Shown here piece by piece: positions 1 through 8,036 of a DNA stretch of 14,457 nt. Below the pieces are notes generated by a model that was not told where the DNA came from, searched no databases, and was given only the letters and a program-made list of their open reading frames with translations. This stretch comes from a virus (lineage: Duplodnaviria; Heunggongvirae; Uroviricota; Caudoviricetes): the IMG/VR virus record IMGVR_UViG_2537562191_000039, positions 1 to 14,457 of that record; one strand, written 5' to 3'. Each line of letters opens with the position of its first letter. Positions within the stretch are counted from its first letter, which is position 1. A program made the position numbers and the translations under genes.

Positions 1-170
1 TGGCCACACTAACGTGGGTGGACTGGTATAACAATCGACGATTGCTGGGAAGGCTGGGCCATACTCCTCCGGCAGAAGCAGAAAAAGCTTATTATGCTTC
101 CATCGGAAACGATGATCTGGCAGCCTGAGTTCACAGATAAAACACTCTCCAGGAAACCCGGGGCGGTTCA
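1..170 (+). mobile_element. Right end of an insertion sequence (transposase 3' end plus terminal repeat); outer boundary approximate
   Basis: Transposase stop at 126-128 is followed by about 40 nt before methyltransferase-coding sequence resumes in another frame. The end is placed provisionally at the CA dinucleotide at 169-170. The left end and any target-site duplication lie outside the window, so the boundary is unverified. Confidence 0.45.
3..128 (+). CDS. DDE transposase/integrase (rve-type, IS3-family-like), C-terminal fragment; 5' end is off-window
   Basis: Frame 3 is open from nt 3 to TGA at 126-128 and translates to ATLTWVDWYNNRRLLGRLGHTPPAEAEKAYYASIGNDDLAA*. The W..WYN..R....G..TP.E.E pattern matches the conserved C-terminal end of rve-type transposase catalytic domains. 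Not in the ORF track because the start is outside the window. Confidence 0.6.
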   Translation, partial: ATLTWVDWYNNRRLLGRLGHTPPAEAEKAYYASIGNDDLAA

Positions 171-181
171 AATCCCCTGAC

Positions 182-3100
182 GTGCTCGTCGGGGGAACAC
201 CATGTTTTACCGCGGGGCATATGGTTCTTTGTAAAAATGGCTATAAACCAATAGAAAATGTTTGCCCTGGTGATTACGTAGTCAGTCATCTCGGGCGGTT
301 ACAACAAGTAAAAAGAGTTGGTTCAAAAATAGCTAATACGGGGTTACTTAATGCCGTTGGGCAGCCTTTAGGTATAAGAACAACCAATGACCATCCCTTC
401 CTGGCTGTTCGGTGGAAAGCCCAAAACACCCGGAAAAATGGCACATATTTTAAGAGAGAGTTGTTGTCTGAACCGGAATGGCGAGCAGCATGTGATATGC
501 CGGGATATCAATGGTGCGCTCTAACTAATTTCAATATTGCATTTCCAGATATTTGTTCTCGGTTCTTGTCTGAAGAACAGGCTATGTATCTTGCGGGCGC
601 TTATGTTGGCGATGGATATATTAGGAGATGGAGAGGTAAATCTAAGAAGGCGGTTGTTTTTGGCATAAATTGCCAGAAATTGAGAAAGTTTCATTGCCGC
701 ATACCAGAAAACATATTTTCCGTGGCAAGCGAAATCCGAGGGAGCATCAAAGTAACCTTGAATGATACGTGTTATGCCAATTGGCTTAATGAACATTTTG
801 GCGAGTTAAGCCATGCTAAGCGTATCCCTGCATGGGTGATGTCGCATCCATTGCGTCATGTGTTTTTACAAGGCTATCTTGATACTGATGGGACACCAAG
901 TGGTAAAGCGGGATTTAGAATTAATAGTGTTAGTTCTGCGCTTGCTTGGGGCGTTGCGGGGTTGTCACAGACTTGTGGTTATGTTTCTTCGGTCAGCTTT
1001 ATTGAAGTTGAGCCCAAAAAAGTGATCGAGGATCGCGTGGTAAATCAACGGAATTATTATCAGGTAACAATCTGCCCGCAGAAATTGTCACGTAAATCAA
1101 GATTGGCTCATGGAATGCTTTTACGAACAGTCAAAGAGTTTAAATCGGTAGGCCTAGATACTGTATACAACATAGAAGTCGAAGGTGATCATTCCTATAT
1201 CCTCAATGGTGCGGTGGTCCATAACTGTCAGGCATTCAGTATCGCGGGATTACGTGGTGGGCTTGATGATGAGCGTGGCGCGCTAACTTTAAAGTATGTG
1301 GAGCTTGCAAATGCAATTGACGACAAACGGGCTGAGTCATTTCTCAAACCAGCCGTTATCGTCTGGGAAAATGTCCCAGGAGTCTTGTCATCGGCAGATA
1401 ACGCCTTCGGATGTTTCCTTGCCGGATTGGCTGGAGAAGATGCGCCATTTGAACCAGGTGATCGACCTGAATCAGGAAAAAGTAACACGTTCTGGCGGTG
1501 GGATGGCAAAACCGGTTGCCATGCTCCAAAGTGGCCGCAGTGTGGTTGTATTTATGGACCGCAGCGAAAAGTGGCCTGGAGAATCCTTGATGCCCAATAC
1601 TTCGGAGTGGCACAACGACGCCGACGCGTGTTTGTTGTCGCAAGTGCTCGAACAGACCTCGATCCCGCAACGGTACTTTTTGAGTTCGAAGGCGTGCGCC
1701 GGAATATTGCGCCGAGCCGAAAAAAGAAGGAAATCGCTTCCGCCATTATTGCAAATGGCGCTGCAATCAGTGGCGAAAGCCTAAATCCATGCCTACACGC
1801 TGACATGCCACCCGGTATGAAATCGACGAAAGCCGTAAACGCTTTCAGGATGGCAGCATTTGGGGAATATATTGACGATGAAACCGCATCGACAGTAAAG
1901 GCAAGAGATTTTAAAGATGCCACTGACCTTGCCGTTTTTAGCAGCACAGGAGCAGGTTTTTGGTCAGAAGGGCATGGTACATTGCGGGCACGTGAGCAAG
2001 AAAGCCATGAGCATCTTGTTACATTGGCTTTTCCTGAGCGTATGAGCGGTACACAACATGCTGCAACTAAGAATACTTCACCATCTCTAATGGCTAAAAA
2101 TCCAACAGCTGTTTGCTATGAAGTAAGAAACGCAGAAGTAGCTGTCCGCCGTCTTACCCCTGTCGAATGTGAAAGGCTGCAAGGTTTTCCTGAGGGGCAT
2201 ACGTTGATCCCGACGGAAAAGCGTAAAAAAGTTTCTTCAGATGAACTGGCATACCTTCGCAATCACTATCCAGATTTAAGCGAAGAAGAGGCCGCGATGC
2301 TTGCAGCTGACGGACCGCGTTACAAAGCGATCGGCAACAGCATGGCAGTTCCTGTTATGCAATGGATAGGGTGTCGCATTCTTGCGACCGTAGCGGATAA
2401 ACAGCAAAAAACAATAAATACCATTACCTACACAAGAAAACTCCGGACTCCGGATGAATATGAACGCCCAATATTCAAATGGGTAGGCGGTAAATTCTCA
2501 GAGTTGCCTACAGTGCTTGAGCATCTACCACACGGCAAGCGGTTAATAGAACCATTCGTTGGTGGCGGTTCCGTATTTACGAATGCAGGATTTCGCCACA
2601 ACCTGCTTAATGATATTAACGGTGACCTGATTAACTTCTATCAGACATTGCAGCGAGAGGGACATTCGCTCGTCACGCTGGCATATAGTTTTTTCAAAAA
2701 TTACAACAACGCTGACGCTTACCTCGAAGTGCGTGAGGCATTTAACAGAGGAAAGTATGACCAACTACATCATGCTGCTGCCTTTTTGTACCTTAATCGG
2801 CACTGTTTTAATGGCGTAACGCGGTACAACCAAAATGGCGAGTTCAACGTAGGGTATGGCAAATACAAAGCGCCCTACTTCCCACATGCAGAGATGGAGG
2901 CATTTTTGGCTGATGACGTACTCAAAAACACTTCCTTTGTATCAGGTGACTTTGCTAGCGTCATTGAGGCGGCTGGTGAAGACGATGTGATTTTTTGTGA
3001 TCCGCCGTATGAACCGCTTCCGGATACAGAGGGATTTACCAGCTATTCAGGAAATAGCTTCCGTTTCGACGAACAGAAACGGCTTGTATCACTGTTGGTG

Positions 3101-3274
3101 GATGCCCACCAGCGCGGCGCTAAGGTAGTGATAACAAATAGTGGTGCTCCAAACATCCGTGAACTATATGAAGGAAACGGGTTTAAAGTACATCATATGG
3201 CAGCCAGACGGTCGGTTTCCTGCAAGGCGTCAACACGTGTAGTTGCTAACGATATAATTGCAATAATGAAGTAA
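182..3274 (+). CDS. Fused DNA methyltransferase: C5-cytosine MTase domain (motifs IV-X only, intein-interrupted) plus Dam-like N6-adenine MTase domain; 5'-truncated by the IS
   Basis: ORF-track protein of 1030 aa. C5-MTase motifs appear in canonical order: motif IV split by the intein (SPDVLVGGTP|CQAFSIAGLRGG), motif VI VIVWENVPGV (ENV at nt 1367-1375), motif VIII YFGVAQRRRRVFVVA, motif IX RRLTPVECERLQGFPEGH, motif X AIGNSMAVPV. The last ~290 aa carry Dam-family motifs: KWVGGK, EPFVGGGSV (nt 2555-2572), FLYLNR, EFNVGYGKYK, FCDPPY (nt 2999-3010). No motifs I-III are present. Reading upstream in frame hits TGA at 113-115 inside the IS end, so the GTG at 182 (no Shine-Dalgarno) is probably not the ancestral start. 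Confidence 0.85.
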   Translation: MLVGGTPCFTAGHMVLCKNGYKPIENVCPGDYVVSHLGRLQQVKRVGSKIANTGLLNAVGQPLGIRTTNDHPFLAVRWKAQNTRKNGTYFKRELLSEPEWRAACDMPGYQWCALTNFNIAFPDICSRFLSEEQAMYLAGAYVGDGYIRRWRGKSKKAVVFGINCQKLRKFHCRIPENIFSVASEIRGSIKVTLNDTCYANWLNEHFGELSHAKRIPAWVMSHPLRHVFLQGYLDTDGTPSGKAGFRINSVSSALAWGVAGLSQTCGYVSSVSFIEVEPKKVIEDRVVNQRNYYQVTICPQKLSRKSRLAHGMLLRTVKEFKSVGLDTVYNIEVEGDHSYILNGAVVHNCQAFSIAGLRGGLDDERGALTLKYVELANAIDDKRAESFLKPAVIVWENVPGVLSSADNAFGCFLAGLAGEDAPFEPGDRPESGKSNTFWRWDGKTGCHAPKWPQCGCIYGPQRKVAWRILDAQYFGVAQRRRRVFVVASARTDLDPATVLFEFEGVRRNIAPSRKKKEIASAIIANGAAISGESLNPCLHADMPPGMKSTKAVNAFRMAAFGEYIDDETASTVKARDFKDATDLAVFSSTGAGFWSEGHGTLRAREQESHEHLVTLAFPERMSGTQHAATKNTSPSLMAKNPTAVCYEVRNAEVAVRRLTPVECERLQGFPEGHTLIPTEKRKKVSSDELAYLRNHYPDLSEEEAAMLAADGPRYKAIGNSMAVPVMQWIGCRILATVADKQQKTINTITYTRKLRTPDEYERPIFKWVGGKFSELPTVLEHLPHGKRLIEPFVGGGSVFTNAGFRHNLLNDINGDLINFYQTLQREGHSLVTLAYSFFKNYNNADAYLEVREAFNRGKYDQLHHAAAFLYLNRHCFNGVTRYNQNGEFNVGYGKYKAPYFPHAEMEAFLADDVLKNTSFVSGDFASVIEAAGEDDVIFCDPPYEPLPDTEGFTSYSGNSFRFDEQKRLVSLLVDAHQRGAKVVITNSGAPNIRELYEGNGFKVHHMAARRSVSCKASTRVVANDIIAIMK
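203..1225 (+). other. Intein (Hint splicing domain with LAGLIDADG homing-endonuclease insert), 341 aa, inserted at the catalytic Cys of the C5-MTase PCQ motif
   Basis: Begins with Cys (TGT 203-205) directly after GGTP, with an N-terminal block CFTAGHMVLCKNGYKPIENVCPGDYVV. Block B is TNDHPF. Two LAGLIDADG-type motifs, LAGAYVGDGY (nt 590-616) and FLQGYLDTDG (nt ~866-892), each retain the Asp. Block F is VYNIEVEGDHSY. Ends ILNGAVVHN (AAC 1223-1225) followed by +1 Cys (TGT 1226-1228). Removing it joins GGTP to CQAFSIAG, restoring GG.PCQ.FS.AG. Confidence 0.8.
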
Positions 3275-3304
3275 AAAACGCCGCAGTAGCGGCGTTTACT
3301 TTTT
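3273..3304. terminator. Bidirectional rho-independent terminator between the convergent MTase and glnS genes
   Basis: Hairpin with stem CGCCGC (3279-3284), loop AGTA, stem GCGGCG (3289-3294). An A-run (3273-3278) lies on one side and a T-rich tract TTTACTTTTT (3295-3304) on the other, giving a U-tract on either strand. Confidence 0.7.
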
Positions 3305-3322
3305 CATGTGGCGAAATACCTA

Positions 3323-4984
3323 TTAACCTAACTTCGCCCAGGTATCACGCAGCCCAACGGTGCGGTTAAATACCGGTTTTTCCGCCGTAGAATGGCGGCT
3401 GTCGAGGCAGAAATAACCTTCACGCTCAAACTGGAATGCTTTACCCGCTACCGCTTCTTTCAGCGACGGTTCAGCAAAGCCCTGTTTGATCACCAGCGAT
3501 TCCGGGTTAATCACCGACAGGAAATCATCCGCAGCACCTGGGTTCGGCACGTTGAACAGACGATCGTACAGGCGGATTTCAACCGGCAGCGCATGTGCCG
3601 CGCTCACCCAGTGAATAACGCCTTTCACTTTACGACCATCTGCCGGATCTTTGCTTAAGGTGTCGGCGTCATAAGTACAGAAGATGGTGGTGATATTGCC
3701 TTCGGCATCTTTCTCCACGCGTTCAGCCTTAATGACGTAAGCATTACGCAGACGCACTTCTTTACCCAGCACCAGACGTTTGTACTGCTTGTTAGCTTCT
3801 TCGCGGAAATCGGCGCGGTCGATCCAAATCTCACCGCTAAACGGCACCTGACGGCTACCCATTTCCGGTTTGTTTGGATGGTTCGGCATGGTGACCATTT
3901 CGCCTTCGCCCTGGTAGTTTTCGATAACCAGTTTCACCGGATCGATAACCGCCATTGCGCGCGGGGCATTTTCGTTGAGATCTTCACGGATGCAGGATTC
4001 CAGCGACGCCATCTCAATGGTGTTGTCCTGCTTGGTCACGCCGATGCGTTTGCAGAACTCACGAATAGAAGCCGCAGTGTAACCACGACGACGCAGACCG
4101 GAAATGGTCGGCATACGCGGGTCATCCCAGCCTTCAACGTGCTTGTCGGTCACCAGCAGGTTCAGCTTACGCTTGGACATCACGGTGTATTCCAGATTCA
4201 GGCGCGAGAATTCGTACTGGCGCGGATGAACAGGAATGGTGATGTTGTCCAGTACCCAGTCATACAGACGACGGTTGTCCTGGAACTCAAGCGTACACAG
4301 AGAGTGCGTAATACCTTCCAGCGCATCGCTGATGCAGTGGGTGAAGTCGTACATCGGGTAGATGCACCACTTGTTGCCAGTCTGGTGGTGTTCAGCAAAC
4401 TTAATACGGTACAGCACCGGGTCGCGCATCACGATAAACGGCGAAGCCATGTCGATTTTCGCACGCAGGCAGGCTTTACCTTCTTCAAAACCACCGGCAC
4501 GCATTTTTTCGAACAGCGCCAGGTTCTCTTCAACGCTGCGGTCGCGGTACGGGCTGTTTTTACCCGGCTGCGTCAGGGTGCCGCGGTATTCGCGGATCTG
4601 TTCCGGCGTCAGTTCGTCAACATACGCCAGGCCTTTGTTGATCAGTTCAACAGCATAGGCATGGAGTTTGTCAAAATAATCGGAGGAGTAACGGATGTTG
4701 CCAGACCAGTGAAAACCTAACCATTCAACGTCGTTTTTAATCGACTCAACGTACTCGATATCTTCTTTTACTGGGTTAGTGTCGTCGAAACGCAGGTTGC
4801 ACTGGCCTTTATAGTCCTGGGCGATCCCGAAGTTCAGGCAGATAGATTTCGCATGACCAATATGCAGATAGCCATTCGGTTCCGGCGGGAAACGGGTATG
4901 TACTGTGGTGTGCTTACCACTGGCCAGATCTTCATCGATGATCTGACGAATAAAGTTAGTCGGGCGGGCTTCTGCCTCACTCAT
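3323..4984 (-). CDS. glnS: Glutamine--tRNA ligase (glutaminyl-tRNA synthetase)
   Basis: 553-aa product begins [48 protein letters not shown], with the class I HIGH motif and a VMSKR (KMSKS-type) motif. Full length and near-identical to E. coli GlnRS as I recall it. The flanks are not the chromosomal nagE/chiP neighbours. Confidence 0.97.
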   Translation of the reverse strand: MSEAEARPTNFIRQIIDEDLASGKHTTVHTRFPPEPNGYLHIGHAKSICLNFGIAQDYKGQCNLRFDDTNPVKEDIEYVESIKNDVEWLGFHWSGNIRYSSDYFDKLHAYAVELINKGLAYVDELTPEQIREYRGTLTQPGKNSPYRDRSVEENLALFEKMRAGGFEEGKACLRAKIDMASPFIVMRDPVLYRIKFAEHHQTGNKWCIYPMYDFTHCISDALEGITHSLCTLEFQDNRRLYDWVLDNITIPVHPRQYEFSRLNLEYTVMSKRKLNLLVTDKHVEGWDDPRMPTISGLRRRGYTAASIREFCKRIGVTKQDNTIEMASLESCIREDLNENAPRAMAVIDPVKLVIENYQGEGEMVTMPNHPNKPEMGSRQVPFSGEIWIDRADFREEANKQYKRLVLGKEVRLRNAYVIKAERVEKDAEGNITTIFCTYDADTLSKDPADGRKVKGVIHWVSAAHALPVEIRLYDRLFNVPNPGAADDFLSVINPESLVIKQGFAEPSLKEAVAGKAFQFEREGYFCLDSRHSTAEKPVFNRTVGLRDTWAKLG

Positions 4985-5173
4985 TGTGGATTCCTCAAAG
5001 CGTAAACAACGTATAACAGCGTATGATCTTATAAGCCGAATAGGCTGACAACCACTAGTTGATTAGAAATTGCTTTCTATCGTTATTTCAATAATGAGCT
5101 TTTTCATGAAGCCCACTTTTGCGCATAAGTAAATTAATGATAAATGGCACACAATTGGAACCAAAAAGGATGT

Positions 5174-5211
5174 AAAGGTGCACCAAATTAGTGGTGTATT
5201 GGTACACCTTT
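5174..5211. promoter_or_regulatory. Imperfect palindrome downstream of the ParA/RHH operon; candidate protein-binding site or weak terminator
   Basis: Arms AAAGGTGCACC (5174-5184) and GGTACACCTTT (5201-5211) pair at 10 of 11 positions across a 16-bp spacer. No clean U-tract follows on the minus strand. Confidence 0.35.
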
Positions 5212-5252
5212 GGTTCAAGACTTTTTAAGTTCTAAAACCAACCTGAAAGACT

Positions 5253-5540
5253 TTATTTTGCTTCCTCAGACTCCGCTAACATGAGGATAGCATGGCGGAT
5301 CATATTCAATTTGCTGCGATTATGCTTTTTACTTAACGCATCAAGTACTTGGTACTCGTATTCATTGAAACCAACACGAATAGATTTAAAATCACGTGGA
5401 GCGTCCTTATCGAGCACTTTGTTGTCTTCTGGTTGCTCACCCGGCACCAAATCAGCCTTACTGGCAAAATCCTCAATTCGGCGTTCAAGATCGGGGTCTT
5501 TTACTTCGGGGGCTTTTACCGATTTACGAGGCTTAATCAC
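5253..5540 (-). CDS. ParG-like ribbon-helix-helix centromere-binding partner of ParA
   Basis: 95 aa. C-terminal RHH pattern: strand KSIRVGFNEYEY, helix QVLDALSKK, helix KLNMIRHAILMLAE, after a charged flexible N-terminus. GTG start overlaps the parA stop by 8 nt, with AAGGAG just upstream (translational coupling). Confidence 0.55.
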   Translation of the reverse strand: MIKPRKSVKAPEVKDPDLERRIEDFASKADLVPGEQPEDNKVLDKDAPRDFKSIRVGFNEYEYQVLDALSKKHNRSKLNMIRHAILMLAESEEAK

Positions 5541-6174
5541 TTAATAACTCCTTAACCAACATCTGGATTTCACCTTTAGCTTTCCCGTTGTCCATCTCAA
5601 CAACGCCCTTCCCTTCAGCCATGCAATCGCGGTAAACCTTACGATCACGAATGATGGTTTTCAGCAACTTCAGTTGCGGATATTCAGCTAGGTACTCTTT
5701 GGCCTCATTGGTTTCATTCACAACCGGATTGGATGGGGCCATTGTTAAGACTGCGAACGCCTTAATGCTAGGATTAGGCATCAGGTCCAAAGCCTCTTCA
5801 AACACTTCAACAAAGTGTGCCAGCGTGTCTAAATCTGGTTGAGATGGTCTGAATGGGACCAACACAATATCTGCAGCGGTTATGCCTGTACGCATCTCTT
5901 TGCTATCGCGCCCGGCTGTATCAACAACTACAAATTCATAACGCTTATCCAGATCGAGAAGTGTTTCTCGAATATTACCAAACTTCTGGACACAATGAAT
6001 TACAGGAGAAACCTCTGCCGTGTTACGGTCAGCTGCCCAGCGGGCAGCTGTTCCTTGCTTGTCTGCATCTAGTAACACTACATCCTTATTTGCGCGGGCA
6101 AGCTCCGCACAGATGTTTACGCTTGTGGTTGATTTTCCACAGCCACCTTTTTGGCTGACTACCAATATAATCAT
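5533..6174 (-). CDS. parA: ParA-family partition ATPase (small, type Ib-like)
   Basis: Deviant Walker A near the N-terminus, MIILVVSQKGGCGKSTTSVN, then LLDADKQG and VVVDTAGR motifs typical of ParA/MinD ATPases. Start placed at the internal ATG 6174, which has GAGGAA 5 nt upstream, rather than the ORF-track start at 6204. Confidence 0.85.
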   Translation of the reverse strand: MIILVVSQKGGCGKSTTSVNICAELARANKDVVLLDADKQGTAARWAADRNTAEVSPVIHCVQKFGNIRETLLDLDKRYEFVVVDTAGRDSKEMRTGITAADIVLVPFRPSQPDLDTLAHFVEVFEEALDLMPNPSIKAFAVLTMAPSNPVVNETNEAKEYLAEYPQLKLLKTIIRDRKVYRDCMAEGKGVVEMDNGKAKGEIQMLVKELLSD

Positions 6175-6418
6175 ATCCGTTCCTCGGTGTGATTTTGGTA
6201 TCAAAACGGTTCCAGATAAGAGCCTTTTTGATGCGGGACAGGCTCTATAATGGAGTCATGAATGTTTGGCAAAGTATAACATCAATCAGACCAAATACAC
6301 CTTATATTGCATCCTATTTAACACGAAATCAGCCCTAAATTGGAACCAGATACAAAATTGCACCATAACAGCACCTAACCGGTGCCAGATTAACACTAAT
6401 TAGACACCATTAAGGCAT

Positions 6419-6443
6419 AAAAAAGGCTGCAATTTGCAGCCTT
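6419..6443 (-). terminator. Rho-independent terminator of the parM-parR operon
   Basis: Perfect inverted repeat AAGGCTGCA / TGCAGCCTT (6423-6431 and 6435-6443) about 20 nt past the parR stop. On the minus strand it is followed by a run of six T (complement of the A-run at 6419-6424). Confidence 0.65.
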
Positions 6444-6461
6444 AAACCAGCACATCTTCTG

Positions 6462-6806
6462 TCAATCAGGTAGAGAGTCAGCCAGATTGCGCGCCGACGC
6501 GCTTTTGGCAACAACTTGCTCCTTCACTGGCTCAATGGAGGCAGGGCGCTCCTCAACCGCAGCTGGTAGTTCCAGGAAGGATGCCAGCATTTTTCGGATC
6601 AGCTCCGGGTTATTGTCTTCGGTCAGCAGGGAAGCCAGTAATCCTGGAAGCCTGCTATCGACTTCTCCCAGCGCAAGCCCTGCCAACAATGCGGTTCTTG
6701 CCATATCGCTATGTTTTTTTATCTTCTCGCTCGCCGCCTTTTCATTGGCATAAGCCTCTGGGCGAAGATAAATCATCACTTTCTTACGTTCCTGAGACAT
6801 GGACAT
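6462..6806 (-). CDS. parR: ParR-like centromere-binding adaptor of the type II (ParMRC) partition system
   Basis: 114 aa. N-terminal KKVMIYLRPE and central ARTALLAGLALGEVDSRLPGLLASLLTE resemble plasmid R1 ParR/StbB as I recall it. Sits directly downstream of parM with GAGG 4 nt before its ATG. Confidence 0.75.
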   Translation of the reverse strand: MSMSQERKKVMIYLRPEAYANEKAASEKIKKHSDMARTALLAGLALGEVDSRLPGLLASLLTEDNNPELIRKMLASFLELPAAVEERPASIEPVKEQVVAKSASARNLADSLPD

Positions 6807-6813
6807 TACCTCG

Positions 6814-7770
6814 TTAACCGATTGCTTTCAGGCCATGAACAAGAGCAAGTTGCGGGTCATCCGCCACGAAGAAACGGTCATCACGAATATTAACTTGCTC
6901 GCGAATTGCATCTGCCACCAGCGGTGCGCCACCACCGATCACCATGACATGCGTATATCCTTTAAAGTCGCCAATCACATCAAGAACTCGGGTACGCAGA
7001 CGGTCAATGCTTGCGGCAATGGCCTTTTTCACATCACCAATCGCTGATGGGTCATTGATATTGTCGTTCAGATAATCTTCATCGTGGCGGTTAATAATGA
7101 GCTGATCAACATTGTAATTTGACGTTTCGGTATTGGCCCTTGCAAGTGCTTGCCTTACTTCCCTGGTGACCAGTGATACACCAAGATTCGAATCGCCAAA
7201 AACACGGGAAACTGCCGTCATTTGCCCAGCGACCATTGAAACATCAAGGGTAGTTCCACCCAAATCGACGATAAGAACAGAATGGACAGGGTTCAGATTG
7301 TCGCACAGGCCAATTCCTGCCGGAATAGACTCCGGTCGTACCGTAACTTTCTTAATCGTGAACACATTGCCTTTATTCAGCGTGACGGGGCGCATAAGGC
7401 TGGCTTTCTTGCGCTCGATGTTATCGAGATTGTATTGCGCGTCGTCGTCGTAAAACTCCGCCAGAGGCAGCGTGACCACAATTTCTACTTCCTGCGGCTC
7501 AATACCGCTTGTCAGCAGGGCATGGTGAACAGCCAGGACGTTAAGCGGGCTGTATTGCCATTCCACGTTATTCGTCGGCAGAACATCTGGCGAGATCAAA
7601 TCATACGAATACTTCTCGTCGTCAATGACATAGTTAAACGGCTTGCCAGCACCAAATGTTGCTGACCATCCGCGCTTAAAGCTGTTAGGACTGATGTGAG
7701 TGCGAGTTTCCCCGTCGTGCTCCCACAGCATTTTGATATTGGTTGAACCATCATCGATAAAAATGCGCAT
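6814..7770 (-). CDS. parM: ParM/StbA actin-like plasmid segregation ATPase
   Basis: MRIFIDDGSTNIK (phosphate 1), LIVDLGGTTLDVS (phosphate 2) and HVMVIGGGA (adenosine) motifs; colinear with R1 ParM as recalled over the whole length. Start placed at the internal ATG 7770, which has GGAG 7 nt upstream; the ORF-track start at 7794 is a GTG eight codons further up. Confidence 0.9.
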   Translation of the reverse strand: MRIFIDDGSTNIKMLWEHDGETRTHISPNSFKRGWSATFGAGKPFNYVIDDEKYSYDLISPDVLPTNNVEWQYSPLNVLAVHHALLTSGIEPQEVEIVVTLPLAEFYDDDAQYNLDNIERKKASLMRPVTLNKGNVFTIKKVTVRPESIPAGIGLCDNLNPVHSVLIVDLGGTTLDVSMVAGQMTAVSRVFGDSNLGVSLVTREVRQALARANTETSNYNVDQLIINRHDEDYLNDNINDPSAIGDVKKAIAASIDRLRTRVLDVIGDFKGYTHVMVIGGGAPLVADAIREQVNIRDDRFFVADDPQLALVHGLKAIG

Positions 7771-7796
7771 CTTCTTGCTCCACTTCTGAGACACAT

Positions 7797-7951
7797 TTGA
7801 GAATCAAAATGTAATTTTAAAAGAGAAGCACCCAAAAATCCACACCAAACGAGACAAAAAAGAGCGCTTGTTGAGTTTATTTTGAGAATATCTTAATCAC
7901 CCACTGAATGATGGCCTGATAGTGAGATTTATTTGAGAATGAATTGAGAAT
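7797..7951. repeat. Iteron cluster (parC-like centromere/operator) in the parM upstream region
   Basis: Exact TTGAGAAT copies at 7797-7804, 7882-7889, 7933-7940 and 7944-7951, plus degenerate copies TTGAGTTT (7871-7878) and GTGAGATT (7922-7929). All lie between the divergent parM and PAAR genes. Confidence 0.55.
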
Positions 7952-8036
7952 ACAAAAATATTCCGAAATTTAACTCTCCGTTTGAATGACGAAATAACAA
8001 AGTGATGACAATAGGAGGATAACCAGGAGGTGAAGA

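Noticed and set aside
160-178. tRNA-like T-loop motif GGTTCAAATCC
   Set aside because: No flanking acceptor stem, anticodon arm or CCA end could be built around it. It sits in the presumed IS terminal region and is probably coincidental.
1228-1947. ORFs at 1296-1784 (+), 1228-1509 (-), 1356-1670 (-), 1552-1947 (-), and also 521-796 (-) and 2543-2764 (-)
   Set aside because: Out-of-frame or antisense frames inside the methyltransferase/intein ORF, whose frame is supported by ordered MTase and intein motifs.
3878-4720. 280-aa ORF on the plus strand, plus smaller ORFs at 3392-3658, 4198-4398 and 4362-4658
   Set aside because: All lie within the strongly supported glnS gene or antisense to it and show no recognisable motifs. 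They are most likely chance open frames.
5839-6250. Plus-strand ORFs 5839-6072, 5853-6158 and 6020-6250, and 5281-5555 opposite the RHH gene
   Set aside because: Antisense to the ParA and RHH genes, which have clear Walker A and RHH signatures.
5153-6348. Exact 11-mer AATTGGAACCA at 5153-5163 and 6338-6348 flanking the ParA operon
   Set aside because: A single pair of identical 11-mers is expected by chance several times in a 14-kb window, and there is no supporting periodicity.
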